A stretch of DNA of 64,000 nt, taken from the NCBI RefSeq assembly GCF_000142905.1, contig NW_013657674.1, positions 404,709-468,708 on the forward strand, read 5' to 3'. Shown here one piece after another: positions 24,215 to 34,811 of the stretch (position 1 is the first letter of the stretch; every line of letters starts with the position of its first letter). The position numbers were made by a program, and so were the translations under genes. The stretch is from Thecamonas trahens ATCC 50062. Lineage: Eukaryota; Protista; Apusomonadida. The notes under the pieces were generated by a model, which worked only from the letters and a program-made list of their open reading frames with translations, did not search any database and was not told the origin of the DNA.

Positions 24215-27200
24215 ATGGACTCTGTGGATACAGGTACAGGACAGGGGGGAGTGGTTGGAGCGGCTGCGGCGTTTGTGGCGGCAGCACGGAGTTACGAGGA
24301 GGCGCTGGCGGGCAAGGTCAAGGCCGAACATGCGGCAGCCAAGGCACTGGACTCGGCATGGCGGGTGGTGGAAGAGCCGCGAGAGTACTCGGGCGTGTGT
24401 GCGGATGGTACAGCGGTGACGCTCACGGCTCCGTTGCGAAGGGCTCGGTCGGATACTCGGGCGCTGACAAAGCTTCAGTCGGCGCTGGAGACTCGTGCCG
24501 CCTTGCTCCTGGGTCCGGTCTTCGCCGCCCTTGGCGAGCTGGCTGCGGCGGGGGTGCGCCTGGATTCAGTCGCGGCTGCTCCGCCGCAAGCAGAGGATCC
24601 TGCTGCGCTGCTTGCGCACATTGCCGACATCGACGCACCTATCGCGGGGACAAGGCTGGCGTCGACGCCTGCCGCCGCCATCGCGCGGACATCGGAGCTT
24701 GACGACGCGCTCGCTCACTGCTCCAGCCGCCTCCGGGCCGCAGGTCTTGCCGCCGCCGCCGCCATCGGCGACACATACTCTGTCTCGCCGCTGGACATGC
24801 TCACTGCTGTACTTGGCCTCGGCTCGCGCGCCGGCTGGGCTGCGGCGCTGCTGGACGTACCTGTGGACGCGGCGCTGGCCTCACCAGCCTGGCTTGATGC
24901 GCTCTTTGCGCATGCGCTCGAGCTCGGCCCGGCGCTCCCGGTCCTGCTTGCCCAGTATCCGATGGCAGCGGTGGCGGCGACGTCGCGAGATGCCATTGCG
25001 TTGGAAGCCGCTGTCGTCACCCCGCTAGCTGCCGGCCTCGACACAGTCGCGACCTCGGCGGGCATTTCCGCCCCGGTCCGCACCCTCACCGTCGCGCTCA
25101 TTCACCGGATGTTGGCACTGGCGCCGTGCGCGGCGCCCGAGCTAGGGCTTGCTGTCCTCGGCATTCTCACCCGGTCGCCATGGCCGTCGCGCCCGCTCGC
25201 TTCGTGGGCCCTCACCCTCTTTCCGTGGCAGGCGCTCGGGGCCGATGCCGCGGCTGTCGCCTTCGCCGAGCTTTACGGCGTGACTGGCTTGCCGATGAGG
25301 GCGTGGCTGGGAAGCTCTGCCTCGGAGCGCGCCGAGCATCGCACTGCGTTTGCTGTGACTTGCCTCGCTGCAGCCGCCGACGCTGCGCCGCTGGCGGTCG
25401 CCTACGCCGACGCGCTCGCCCGCAACCACCCCGAGTCGGTGGCGTTTGTGCCGGCCCACTCGGATGGAACTCTGGCACACTTTCCGCTTGTGGCCGCTCT
25501 CGCTCGTCTGGCGGGCTCTCGGCTCCGGGCACGGACGCCGTCGCCGCCAGCCGAGCTCGATCTTGCGGCCACCATTGTCGACGAGCTCATCGGCGTTGCG
25601 TTCTGTATCGAAGATGAGCTCGTGGCAGTCTCTGCTCTCTCGCAGGGAATCTCGCCGCCGCCAACGCCTGCAGCGGCTGCATCGCTGCGCGGCGAGGCGG
25701 GCGCGGCGTTGGCTGAACTCGCCACCGGCTCCCCATCAGGCGCGGCAGTGGTGGCGGAGCGACTGGTCGAGACGCTGCTGTTTCTGGATGGCGAGCCGGG
25801 CGCGCGGGTTGCCACCTGGCTCAATCAGCTCCCGAAGAAGGCGTGGTCGGGTGCGGCCGCTGGCACCTCACGGGCGCTCCTCGCGCTTCTTTCCGGCACG
25901 CTCCACAGCGTCGATGGCGACTTTGAAGACTGGCTGCCGCACTTGATTGGAGGTTCGGCTCGCCCTGGTCCGGTCCCGGCGGCGGCCGGCCCGCTGCTTG
26001 GCGGCCTGCTGGACGTTGTCGATCTGACATCAGTGGGCGCTCGTGACAAGGTGCTGCTGCTGCTAGGGTTTGTGCGCGCCGCCGAGGTCCTTGACGCGCG
26101 GTGGGTGTGGCAGACCGTGACCAGTCCGTCTGTCGTTGGCGCGCTGGCGTCCGGTCCACTTGATCCGACCTATGTGCAGATTGTGGTCTCTCTTCCTTCC
26201 CACGACGCTGGGCCGCTGCTGAGGTGGGTCCAGCTGCACCTGGCAATTGGACTAGCAGCGTCGGCCCCGGACCTTGCGCCGTGGTCGTGGCTCAAATCGG
26301 AGGTGCGTGCGATTCACGCCGCTGCCAGCTTTGCCACCACCGACCTGGAGCACGTCTCGGGCGTGTCGCTCGCAATTGGTCTGTGGCACGCCCTCGCCTC
26401 TGCAGCTACGTCGGCATGGCTCGAGATTGGGCGCGATTTGGCCTGGGCCATGGCTGCCATCCTCACTGCCCACCCCGAAGCGCTTGACACCTTTTCGCAG
26501 CTTGTTGCCGCGAGCTGCGGCTACCAGCAGAAGCACGCAGACTGGCTTGCGCTGTGGACGGCGGTGCTCTCGCTACAGCTGGCATCGCCGAGTGTGGCCA
26601 AGCTTTTTGACCTGCTCATCTACTCGGCTTTTGCCAATCAGGAGGAGCTCATGCCGCTGGTGACCGTCCTCCACCACCGCAAGCTCGACGCTGCCGCCAT
26701 CGACACGCTCCTGGCGTCGTCGCTTTACTGGGTCGTGTACGTGGTGCTGCTGGGCGAGAGCCCGCGGCTTCCGGCTGGCGCGCAGGCTCCGGTCGGCACG
26801 TCGGCCATGTACCGGTTTGCAGTTGTTGCCAAGCGCATTCCCGACGAGGTGCTTGCGCTGCCGTTCTGGGAGCAGTTCTGGACAATGTACTTTGAGTGGA
26901 CCGCGGCGCTTCCGCCCGGCATTGCGATTGCTGACAAGAAGAAGCTGGATAAGCTGCAAGCTCACTTTGTCGAGCGGGCGCACGCCTTTGATGTCGAAGA
27001 CTTGCAGGCGCTCCGCTCCGGAGCGACGACGCTCAGCAAGGCGCTGTCAAAGACCTACTTTGCGTTTACGACGTGGTCGGACGAGGTCGTGCCGGGGCGC
27101 GGCTTGCTGTTTTCCGACCCGAGCCTTGGTCTGCTTGACGCGCTGCGCGAGCGGTCGCCGCCGCGGCTGTACGTCTTTCCGCTGGCAGTGGCCAACCCGT

Positions 27201-30200
27201 TTGCGCCCGAGTTTGCCGCGAGTCGTGACGCCAACGCTGGACTTGACACTGCCTCGCATGGCGCGCCGAATGCGTGCCGCGATCTGGCAGTTCCGTCTCC
27301 GGTCCAGCTTGTAGTGGCAACGGAGTTGTCGTCATTGCAAGCGTCGCAGTCGATTGTTGATCTTACGGCGGCGCTGGGCTCCCTCTTTGACACGTACGCC
27401 CGGCTCGCCGCCGAAGTCGACGATCTCTCTGTGGAGCTCCTCGATCTTGCTTCGGGCATGTATGTGGAGCGGTCGCACCGCAAGACTGGCGAGGTCGGAT
27501 GCGGCCCGAGCTGCACCGGCGCTGCCCGGATTGGATACGCGGTGATCGACGTCGAGTATGCACCAGCCAATGTCCGTGAGCTCATTTCAGTCAACGCGTC
27601 CCATTTTCGGTCGGCGGTGAAGCGACTCGGCCAGCTGCCGCAGGCACTCGCCGAGACCCTCGTCGCTCTGGAGCGATCGCTTGCAACGCGAGAGACTGCC
27701 GCGCCCGGCACCGAGGTTGCCGATGCTTTCCTCTCACTAGCGAGTGTGTTTGTGGCACTTCCGCTACGGGCCGGCCTCCTGGGTATGGCGCCGCAGCTGG
27801 CTGCTGTTCTCCGCGACCTTGCTCGCCTTGCGCACGCATCTGTGACGGCTGCTGAGCTGTTGCCGCGGCTGGCGACCATTCTGGCGTCATCGCCTGCGGT
27901 GAAGGACCCGACGGTCCGGTCTGTGCTCTACGCGTACTTTTCGCCGTGGCAGGCTGCTGCTCCGAGCGGAAGTCTGACCGACGCCGGTCTGGAGCTGTAC
28001 TGGAGCGTGTTGGCACATTTGGAGAAGGGCCTCTCATCAGCAACAGCCCTGGAGAGTTCCGAACAAGCACTGCTTGCCGACGCGCTACAGCTGGACGCGT
28101 TTGCAAGGCAGGTCCTTGCGGGCTTGCAAGGTGCTTCACCGACCGAGCGTGTGGCAGGGGCGGGTCGACTTGCGCGGGCGCTGGCGCCGCTGGTCGTGGT
28201 TCCGCGGCTTGCTGCCTCTGTCAACGGCGTGCTTGGTCTCCTGATGGGTGATCAGCTGCTGGAGGTTGCGCTCGAGGCGGCGTCTGCAGCGCTGCAGGCC
28301 GCCGCGAGCAGTCCCGAGTGGCAGCCGCCGCGGGAGATGCTGCGTTCTCTACCGGTGGAGCGATTGGATCAGGGACCACTCATCACGCTTCTCGAGTCAA
28401 TGGCGGCAGCGTTGCCGGTGGCGGACGAGCCGCTGATGGCGTTTGTGCTGCCACTGCTGCGACGGTGTGTGCTTGACAATCCGCACGCGCTCGTCCTCCT
28501 TCACGAGGCAACCATCGCCGAAGTGGCTGAGAGCGCGTCGGCGGGTGGCGGATTCGTGGACGGACTGCTGGGCATGGGCGGAGACGACGGCGATGGGTCG
28601 GATGATGGGTCTGACGAGTCGGACGGCAGCGGAGTCGCGGTGCCGGCGGCGCACACCCTGTGGGATGCGCTTTGTAAGGTCTGCTGGGCGGCGCTCAAAC
28701 CGCGGGTCGAGTTTGGGACCGGCCGGCGGACGCGGGTCGAGTACCTCTCCACAGTCGGCTTTGATGGCGTCCTCCGGCTTGTGGCCGACGTGGCAGCGCT
28801 CTGCCCGGCGGTCATCGACAAGATGGTTGGGCTTGTGGCATGCGTGTTTGGGCCGTATGTGTCGGCGTCGCGCGAGCGCGCGGCGGCGGCCGAGGTTCTG
28901 GAGAGCGGCGTGGCGGCTCTGCCGTGGGCAGCGGCCACGTTCCATCTTTGCGACTCGCGGGCGCTTCGGCTGTTGTACTCTTTGACCGAGTCGCAGCCGT
29001 GGCTGGTGGTGACGCTCTTCAGCACTCTGGATTGGTCGGCTTATGCGGCCGGCGATGATCGGTGCGGTGCAAGCGCCAAAGTGCACTTTCTGCGACTCCT
29101 TCTTGAGCTGCGGGTTTGCGGACACGCTCCTGACGCAGTGGACCGCGTGTGGGAGGAGCTTGGCGGTGGCGAGGCAGCTGACGCGCAAGATGCTGCGGAG
29201 CGGAGCTGGGCCGGGCTGGAGACCAAAACGTTTGCGACGTGCTTTACCGGAACGACGCTGGTGCGAGGCCTGGTGGTGCCTAGCCTCGCTGCGCTACATC
29301 GTGATGAGCCGAGCTCGCGACTGCTAGACGCGGCGCGGCTGCTCTCGCGAGCTGGGCTCGCCAATGCGGGTGCCGGTGAAGTTCTGCTTGGAGTGGTTCG
29401 CGAGCTGCGGGCGCTTGTGGGCTTCTCGGTCACATTTGTCCGCGACGAGTACGAGTACGAGGACGAAAGCGTGCTTGGCGGCGGTGCACTGGGCGGAGCC
29501 ATCGACGCTTGGCACCTCTCTGCCAAGGCACATGCTTCGCTGGTGAGCCATGTGATGGTTCCGGTGGTGTTTGCGTCCGAGGCGGTACCGGGCCACGCAG
29601 CCCAGTGTCTGATGCAGCTTGTCGAATGCGCTGCTGGACGGCCTGCGGATGCGGTGGTTGTCGACGTGGCTGCGCCTGGCTTTGGCAACACCCGCGACGG
29701 ACTGGATGCCAGGAGCCAAGTGGCGCGTCACAAGCGTGAGGCTATCTTTGCGGCGCTGGTACGGTCAGTGACGATGGCGTGCAGCGCGCTTCCGCCGGTG
29801 CTTGCGCTCGAGGCGCTCAACACTATTCCGCTGGTTGGACTCAAGCAGCTGGAGGCTGCTCGGCTTTTGGAAGAGGCGCTGCGGGCACTGTTTAGTGCGA
29901 CCGAGGGCAAGCTTGCTTCGGCGGCAGCATCGCTGATGGTTGACTCTGACGCGCTGAACGTGCTGGCGCTAGCATGCGCGCGTGAGGCGCTACCGCTCCT
30001 GCTAGTGGTGGTGATGGCCAAGGTTGAGGGCGCGGCGCGCGAGTCGCGGTCATGGGCCGAGACAGCAGTCTCGCTGGTGGCACTGGCAAGCAGGTACACC
30101 GTCAACCCGTCGTCGCCGCGGGCGTTTGAAGTCATCATTGTGTGGCTCTATGCGCTCCGAGTCATCGGCTCTGCCAACTGGGATGCGACGTCGGGCGAGT

Positions 30201-30919
30201 CGCAGGCGGCGGTCGCGGCGCTGCGGGCCGAGCTGGTGCGGTGCGAGGAGAGGCTGACTGAATCCAGGGCGTCGGGCCTGTTTTCGATGCTCCGCGGCAA
30301 GGCGGGCAGCAGCAGCGAGAGCGGAAGTGGAAGTGCAATGTCGCCGGTGGTGCGACTGGCCGCGGCACTGGCCCGGATCTGGCTGGACCTGCGGGCAGAC
30401 CGGGCGGCCGGGGCCAAGGTCCGGAGGGCGGCGGAGGCCCGGATGGGCGCTCTAGAGGTGTTGGCCTCCACCCCACAGTGGGCTTCATACGCGTCGGTCC
30501 TAATGGACGTGGCCATGATGAGCTCGCCGCTGACCGGGTTTTGTGACATGTACCGCTGGCTGGTCGAAGCTCTTGTCCCATACGCTCGCTACCTGCTGGG
30601 TATCTTTGTCACCAACGAGGCCGGCGGGCTGCACGAGGACACAGACGACGCCGAGTACTTTGACACCGCCCCACCAGAGATCCAGCTCGCGCCACTTGTG
30701 AGTCTTGACGACGCAGACGGTGCAGATGAAGAGGTTGGTGCGGAGCAAGACCGCGGTGGACGTGAGGAGACCGCGGTCGTGCCGCTCATTCCAGGCATTG
30801 CGCCGCCACCGGCGCGTCGGGCCACACCCGGTGCGAGGTCAACCTCTGCCACTTCCTCCCCTGCTCCTACTAGCCTGGCCTCACCTGTCTCGACGAAGCC
30901 GCTGATTATCCTCGATTGA
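24215..30919 (+). CDS. EPG5: Large alpha-solenoid protein, probable EPG5 autophagy tethering factor
   Basis: 2234-aa intronless helical ORF. LPFWEQFWTMY, C...CTGAARI, LPW..F and LDW motifs occur in the order I recall for EPG5, and the size is comparable. Confidence 0.55.
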   Translation: MDSVDTGTGQGGVVGAAAAFVAAARSYEEALAGKVKAEHAAAKALDSAWRVVEEPREYSGVCADGTAVTLTAPLRRARSDTRALTKLQSALETRAALLLGPVFAALGELAAAGVRLDSVAAAPPQAEDPAALLAHIADIDAPIAGTRLASTPAAAIARTSELDDALAHCSSRLRAAGLAAAAAIGDTYSVSPLDMLTAVLGLGSRAGWAAALLDVPVDAALASPAWLDALFAHALELGPALPVLLAQYPMAAVAATSRDAIALEAAVVTPLAAGLDTVATSAGISAPVRTLTVALIHRMLALAPCAAPELGLAVLGILTRSPWPSRPLASWALTLFPWQALGADAAAVAFAELYGVTGLPMRAWLGSSASERAEHRTAFAVTCLAAAADAAPLAVAYADALARNHPESVAFVPAHSDGTLAHFPLVAALARLAGSRLRARTPSPPAELDLAATIVDELIGVAFCIEDELVAVSALSQGISPPPTPAAAASLRGEAGAALAELATGSPSGAAVVAERLVETLLFLDGEPGARVATWLNQLPKKAWSGAAAGTSRALLALLSGTLHSVDGDFEDWLPHLIGGSARPGPVPAAAGPLLGGLLDVVDLTSVGARDKVLLLLGFVRAAEVLDARWVWQTVTSPSVVGALASGPLDPTYVQIVVSLPSHDAGPLLRWVQLHLAIGLAASAPDLAPWSWLKSEVRAIHAAASFATTDLEHVSGVSLAIGLWHALASAATSAWLEIGRDLAWAMAAILTAHPEALDTFSQLVAASCGYQQKHADWLALWTAVLSLQLASPSVAKLFDLLIYSAFANQEELMPLVTVLHHRKLDAAAIDTLLASSLYWVVYVVLLGESPRLPAGAQAPVGTSAMYRFAVVAKRIPDEVLALPFWEQFWTMYFEWTAALPPGIAIADKKKLDKLQAHFVERAHAFDVEDLQALRSGATTLSKALSKTYFAFTTWSDEVVPGRGLLFSDPSLGLLDALRERSPPRLYVFPLAVANPFAPEFAASRDANAGLDTASHGAPNACRDLAVPSPVQLVVATELSSLQASQSIVDLTAALGSLFDTYARLAAEVDDLSVELLDLASGMYVERSHRKTGEVGCGPSCTGAARIGYAVIDVEYAPANVRELISVNASHFRSAVKRLGQLPQALAETLVALERSLATRETAAPGTEVADAFLSLASVFVALPLRAGLLGMAPQLAAVLRDLARLAHASVTAAELLPRLATILASSPAVKDPTVRSVLYAYFSPWQAAAPSGSLTDAGLELYWSVLAHLEKGLSSATALESSEQALLADALQLDAFARQVLAGLQGASPTERVAGAGRLARALAPLVVVPRLAASVNGVLGLLMGDQLLEVALEAASAALQAAASSPEWQPPREMLRSLPVERLDQGPLITLLESMAAALPVADEPLMAFVLPLLRRCVLDNPHALVLLHEATIAEVAESASAGGGFVDGLLGMGGDDGDGSDDGSDESDGSGVAVPAAHTLWDALCKVCWAALKPRVEFGTGRRTRVEYLSTVGFDGVLRLVADVAALCPAVIDKMVGLVACVFGPYVSASRERAAAAEVLESGVAALPWAAATFHLCDSRALRLLYSLTESQPWLVVTLFSTLDWSAYAAGDDRCGASAKVHFLRLLLELRVCGHAPDAVDRVWEELGGGEAADAQDAAERSWAGLETKTFATCFTGTTLVRGLVVPSLAALHRDEPSSRLLDAARLLSRAGLANAGAGEVLLGVVRELRALVGFSVTFVRDEYEYEDESVLGGGALGGAIDAWHLSAKAHASLVSHVMVPVVFASEAVPGHAAQCLMQLVECAAGRPADAVVVDVAAPGFGNTRDGLDARSQVARHKREAIFAALVRSVTMACSALPPVLALEALNTIPLVGLKQLEAARLLEEALRALFSATEGKLASAAASLMVDSDALNVLALACAREALPLLLVVVMAKVEGAARESRSWAETAVSLVALASRYTVNPSSPRAFEVIIVWLYALRVIGSANWDATSGESQAAVAALRAELVRCEERLTESRASGLFSMLRGKAGSSSESGSGSAMSPVVRLAAALARIWLDLRADRAAGAKVRRAAEARMGALEVLASTPQWASYASVLMDVAMMSSPLTGFCDMYRWLVEALVPYARYLLGIFVTNEAGGLHEDTDDAEYFDTAPPEIQLAPLVSLDDADGADEEVGAEQDRGGREETAVVPLIPGIAPPPARRATPGARSTSATSSPAPTSLASPVSTKPLIILD

Positions 30920-31088
30920 ACGATGGCGGATGAGTTGCGGCCGGCCCACGTCTGACACTTGGTGACGTGCGGTCGTGCGGTGGTGGAAGGAATACCGGTG
31001 GGAGGGAAAGGCACCCCACTCCTTGCCTCAGCAGCAGCCTATTCCCCCTCCCCCCTCTCTTCCCCTACCTCTTCCCTCCCAAACAAAG

Positions 31089-32069
31089 ATGGCGTCTTCC
31101 CCGACTTCTGCTTCGGTCATGCCTGAGATGATTGTGATTCCGGATGACTATGAGGCTATTCCGGTCTCCCTCCTCTCCATTCCCACCCGCTACCAGGGCG
31201 ATGTGGACAGCTGCTTGATCCCCTTTGGCCTCATCACCGACCGGGTCCAGAAGCTGGCCGAAATGGTCTACGAGCAGTACAAGGGCAAGGAGCTGCACAT
31301 GGTACGCCACTTTACCCCTCCTCCCTCCCTCCTTCCTCTCTCTCTCTCTCTCCCCCCTCCCCCTGGCACATGCCCTCTCTCTGCCTTTGCCCCAATTTGC
31401 GTCGCTCGTCGGAAATTCGTGTGGCCAAAATTGGGGTGCTGCTGCTGCCTGGCCTCTCGCTTGGCTGAACAGGTTGGGGGGGGGGGGGGGGGGTTCGAGG
31501 GCTGGTTGATGTCGATGATTGAGTGTAGCGCACAAAGTACGAGCTGTGGTGGTACTTATGGTACTTATGGTTGATGTTGTGTGGTGTGTGGTTGGGTACA
31601 GCTCTGCCTGCTCAAGGGGGCGTATCGGTTCTTCTCGGATCTGCTCAAGGAGATCTCTGCGCTGTCTGCGGCGGCGGACGCACCTGACGTGGTCAAGCTC
31701 TCGCTGCACTTTGTGCGGGTCAAGTCGTACCACAACACCGAGTCGACGGGTGACGTCAAGATCTCGGGCATTGATCTTGACGATCTGGCCGGTAAGAACG
31801 TGCTGATTGTGGAGGACATCATCGACACTGGCACCACCATGGTCGCCTTTACCGCCGAGCTGCAGAAGGTGACGCCGGCGTCGGTTGAGGTCATCTCGCT
31901 CCTCGTCAAGCGCACGCCGCGGTCGAACGGCTTCCTCCCGCACTACGCCGGCTTTTCCATCCCGGACAAGTTCCTCGTCGGCTACGCGCTCGATCTCAAC
32001 GAGGTCTTCCGCGACCTCAACCACATCTGCATCATCTCTGAGGCAGGTATCGAGAAGTACCGCGAGTAG
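31089..32069 (+). CDS. HPRT1: Hypoxanthine-guanine phosphoribosyltransferase; join(31089..31301,31602..32069)
   Basis: Motifs LCLLKGAYRFFSDL, VKSY.N, VLIVEDIIDTGTTM and GFSIPDKFLVGYALDLNEVFRDLNHIC. Intron 31302-31601 (GTACGC..ACAG). Confidence 0.95.
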
Positions 32070-32482
32070 GCATCGCCACTGCCCTTGCCGGAGTGAGGTT
32101 TGCTTTCTCTCGCTCTCCTCTCTCTCTCTCCCCTCCCTCTCTCTCTCTCCTCCCACCTGACCGTTTATCTTGATCTGATGTGGCAGCCGTGTGGCCGATA
32201 CACACTCTATCGTCCAATATCTTAGCATCTGTGTGTGTATGTGTGTGCATGTGCGTGTGTGTGTGTGTGGGGGGGGTGTTGATTGTGGTTGCAGTCTGGT
32301 GCTCAGCTGCTGTTGGCTGCAACTGGGCTGCTGACTCGCAGCCAACTGTTGGTGGCAGGCAGAGGCAGGCAGTGGACAGGAAGTGCAGGGGGGGGGGCGG
32401 ACAGAGCACATCACTCGAGACCAGGCCGTCTGGCACAAAAGCAAAGGTAGCAGCGAGCAAGGCAGCAGTGCGGCGGAGTAAG

Positions 32483-33655
32483 ATGGCCAAGGGCAAGCGC
32501 GGGCGCAAGGACGAGGGCAGTGGGCGTGCAAGCAAGCGGGTCAAGAGCATTAGCGGCAAGGCAGTGGAGGCAGCAAAGGTGGCGGCGGTGATGGAGAAGA
32601 GAGCGGCTGAGGTGGCGGCTCGAGTGGCTGCAGCGGAAGAAGTGGGTATGGTTGGCTCGTATGCAGGCGAGGCGTTGCCACTGGCCACAGAGTCTGTCGT
32701 CGACGGCGTCATGGCGCTCGACGGCTGCGATGTGGCGTACAAGGCCGGCGGGCGGACATCCAGATTCATCTTTGCCCTCCCGCTGCATCTGATGCGGCTG
32801 GAGGGGACGTCGTCGGCACTGCGTGGGACGCTGACCCAGCTCGACACCATGCATCCGCGGCTCTCCATCCCCATGGCCGATGCCACCCGCGGCAAGGGTG
32901 TGCTCGAGCTGCGCGGCTCGATCGTCCGCTCGTCGGACGCCCGCTTCCTCATGCTCTCAGCTGGTCCAGCAGGCACGGTTGCCACCTCCAAGGTCTATGA
33001 TTCGGTCGTGCTCTTTTCTACAGCGCAGTGGCGGCCTCTGGCGGCTGTCGCATCTGCGCCAGGAGGCGATGATGACGCTGGCGAGGCCGGCGATGACGAG
33101 ACCCAGCCCGGTCCGTCGCCCGAGGACGCGTTGCAGCCGGTCAATCTGGACTCGCTGCCAAAGGAGAAGAACCCGGTGTGGCCGCATGTATCTGGGCGCT
33201 GGCAGCCGCCTGGAAGCAGCGAGGCCGGAGAGGCCAAGCCGGGCGACGAGAGCGGGCCGGCTGGCGGCGAGGGCAATGGATTGCCGTCGGCAGCAGCCGT
33301 GGCATCACAGAGCTCACAGGCGTTTCCTGTGGTTGACCTCACTGGGCTCATCCCAGCATCACCGGGCAAGTCGCCTGCACGCAGCGGTGCGAGTGCGGGC
33401 AAGGCCAGCAGTGGCGGCTCGCGACGGGCCATCAAGCTCGACTCCGACTCGGACTCGGACGTGCTGTTCTCGTCGAGTGGCGGGTGCGAGTCGCCGACAC
33501 GCACACGGTCACCCGTCCGCTCGCAACCAAGCCGATCGTCGGCGCGGAAGAAACCCGTCTCGTACGCCGAGTATGAGTGGGACGAGTCTGGCGACGACGA
33601 GTCGTCTGTTGTCGGCGCGAGCGGAGCCGGTTCCGAGTCGGACTTTGCCCCGTAG
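32483..33655 (+). CDS. RHL1: RHL1-like DNA-binding protein (topoisomerase VI accessory factor homologue)
   Basis: Core DVAYK..RTSRFIFALP..G.L.QLDT.HP.L....G.LELRGSIV....RFLML..YDSVVLFS.A.W parallels plant RHL1 as I recall it. Basic N-terminus; acidic/Ser C-terminus with RKKPVSYAE. Confidence 0.6.
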   Translation: MAKGKRGRKDEGSGRASKRVKSISGKAVEAAKVAAVMEKRAAEVAARVAAAEEVGMVGSYAGEALPLATESVVDGVMALDGCDVAYKAGGRTSRFIFALPLHLMRLEGTSSALRGTLTQLDTMHPRLSIPMADATRGKGVLELRGSIVRSSDARFLMLSAGPAGTVATSKVYDSVVLFSTAQWRPLAAVASAPGGDDDAGEAGDDETQPGPSPEDALQPVNLDSLPKEKNPVWPHVSGRWQPPGSSEAGEAKPGDESGPAGGEGNGLPSAAAVASQSSQAFPVVDLTGLIPASPGKSPARSGASAGKASSGGSRRAIKLDSDSDSDVLFSSSGGCESPTRTRSPVRSQPSRSSARKKPVSYAEYEWDESGDDESSVVGASGAGSESDFAP

Positions 33656-33732
33656 CCATCGGCTGTGTGGCGGTAACTGTAGAATAACCCTTAACGGTAC
33701 GGTCGTTCGGACGCGTAGTCGCGCGTCTCAAA

Positions 33733-34261
33733 ATGAACAACTCAATGATGCTTGACTTCCAGGTCACCGGCCCATGCTGCGCGAAGCCTGCTTGGCCTGC
33801 GGCTTGAGGTCGGAGGCGCGCCCGATGCGTGGCTCGCACGTGGGGCCTGCCTGCCGCCTGACGCTCGTCCCGGCGACACTCTTGTGTTCAACGTGGGCGA
33901 CGACCTCGCTGTTCTCGCGTGGAAGGACTCGATCGAGTGCCGTTTCCTGGCAACCTGGTCTCGTCTTCCAGACTCAACGACGTCGCGCAAGCGAAAGCGC
34001 ACCTCTGCAGCAGCTGCTCGTCATCACCACCTTCCCCAGCGAGCCGCTCTGCGACGCAACTGCCTCGCCTGCCGGAAGCTTCATGGTAAGCGATCGCGGC
34101 CGCGGACCTTTGCGCCGCGCGCGGCGTCCATCTCTGCATCGCCGACTGTTTTCTGCTGTATCCCACCAGTGGCCACAGCAGCCATTCCCTGGCTGATGAT
34201 CAGACCGGTAGCTGTATGCAGTGGGTTGACTGACCACGATCAAGTCATAGCCGGGAAGTAG
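33733..34261 (+). CDS. Possible small hypothetical gene (needs a +1 frame correction near 33770)
   Basis: GC3-rich coding-like frame 33752-34261 lacks an early ATG; ATG 33733 is in the adjacent frame. Contains RKRKR and CLACRK. Confidence 0.25.
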
Positions 34262-34414
34262 AGATGGCATCTCAGCCGCAGGTACAGCTGACTCCACCTG
34301 TCATCACCGTAGCCGTGCCACCACCACCACCACCACCATCACCAGCACCACCATCACCAGCACCACCAGTGCAACCGGCCAGCCTTTCTTTCACCTCTCT
34401 CTGACCCTTTTGAC

Positions 34415-34530
34415 ATGTCCTCCACCGACGTAAAGGGTTCGGGCGCATGCGTGTTTGTACCGTACGAGGAGGACACACCCGAGTTCCGGGAGCGAGTCAA
34501 GGCTGCAGAGACGGTATGTTTGTTTGTTTG

Positions 34531-34566
<36 letters not shown>

Positions 34567-34778
34567 GGGGAAGGAAGGGGGGGAGGAGGGGAGTGGAGGG
34601 GACAGGCGACTGTCGGTCGGTTTCGTTGGTCAGTCTCTGCTTTCACTTGAAACATGTGTGGCAAGGGGGGGAGGAGGGGGGGGGGGGGGGAGGGGAGGGG
34701 GAGGGGAATGATGGGGATGAGAGAGGGGGGGGGTACTCATGTGCTGTGTGTTGTGTGTTGTGTGGTGTATGATGTACG

Positions 34779-34811
<33 letters not shown>

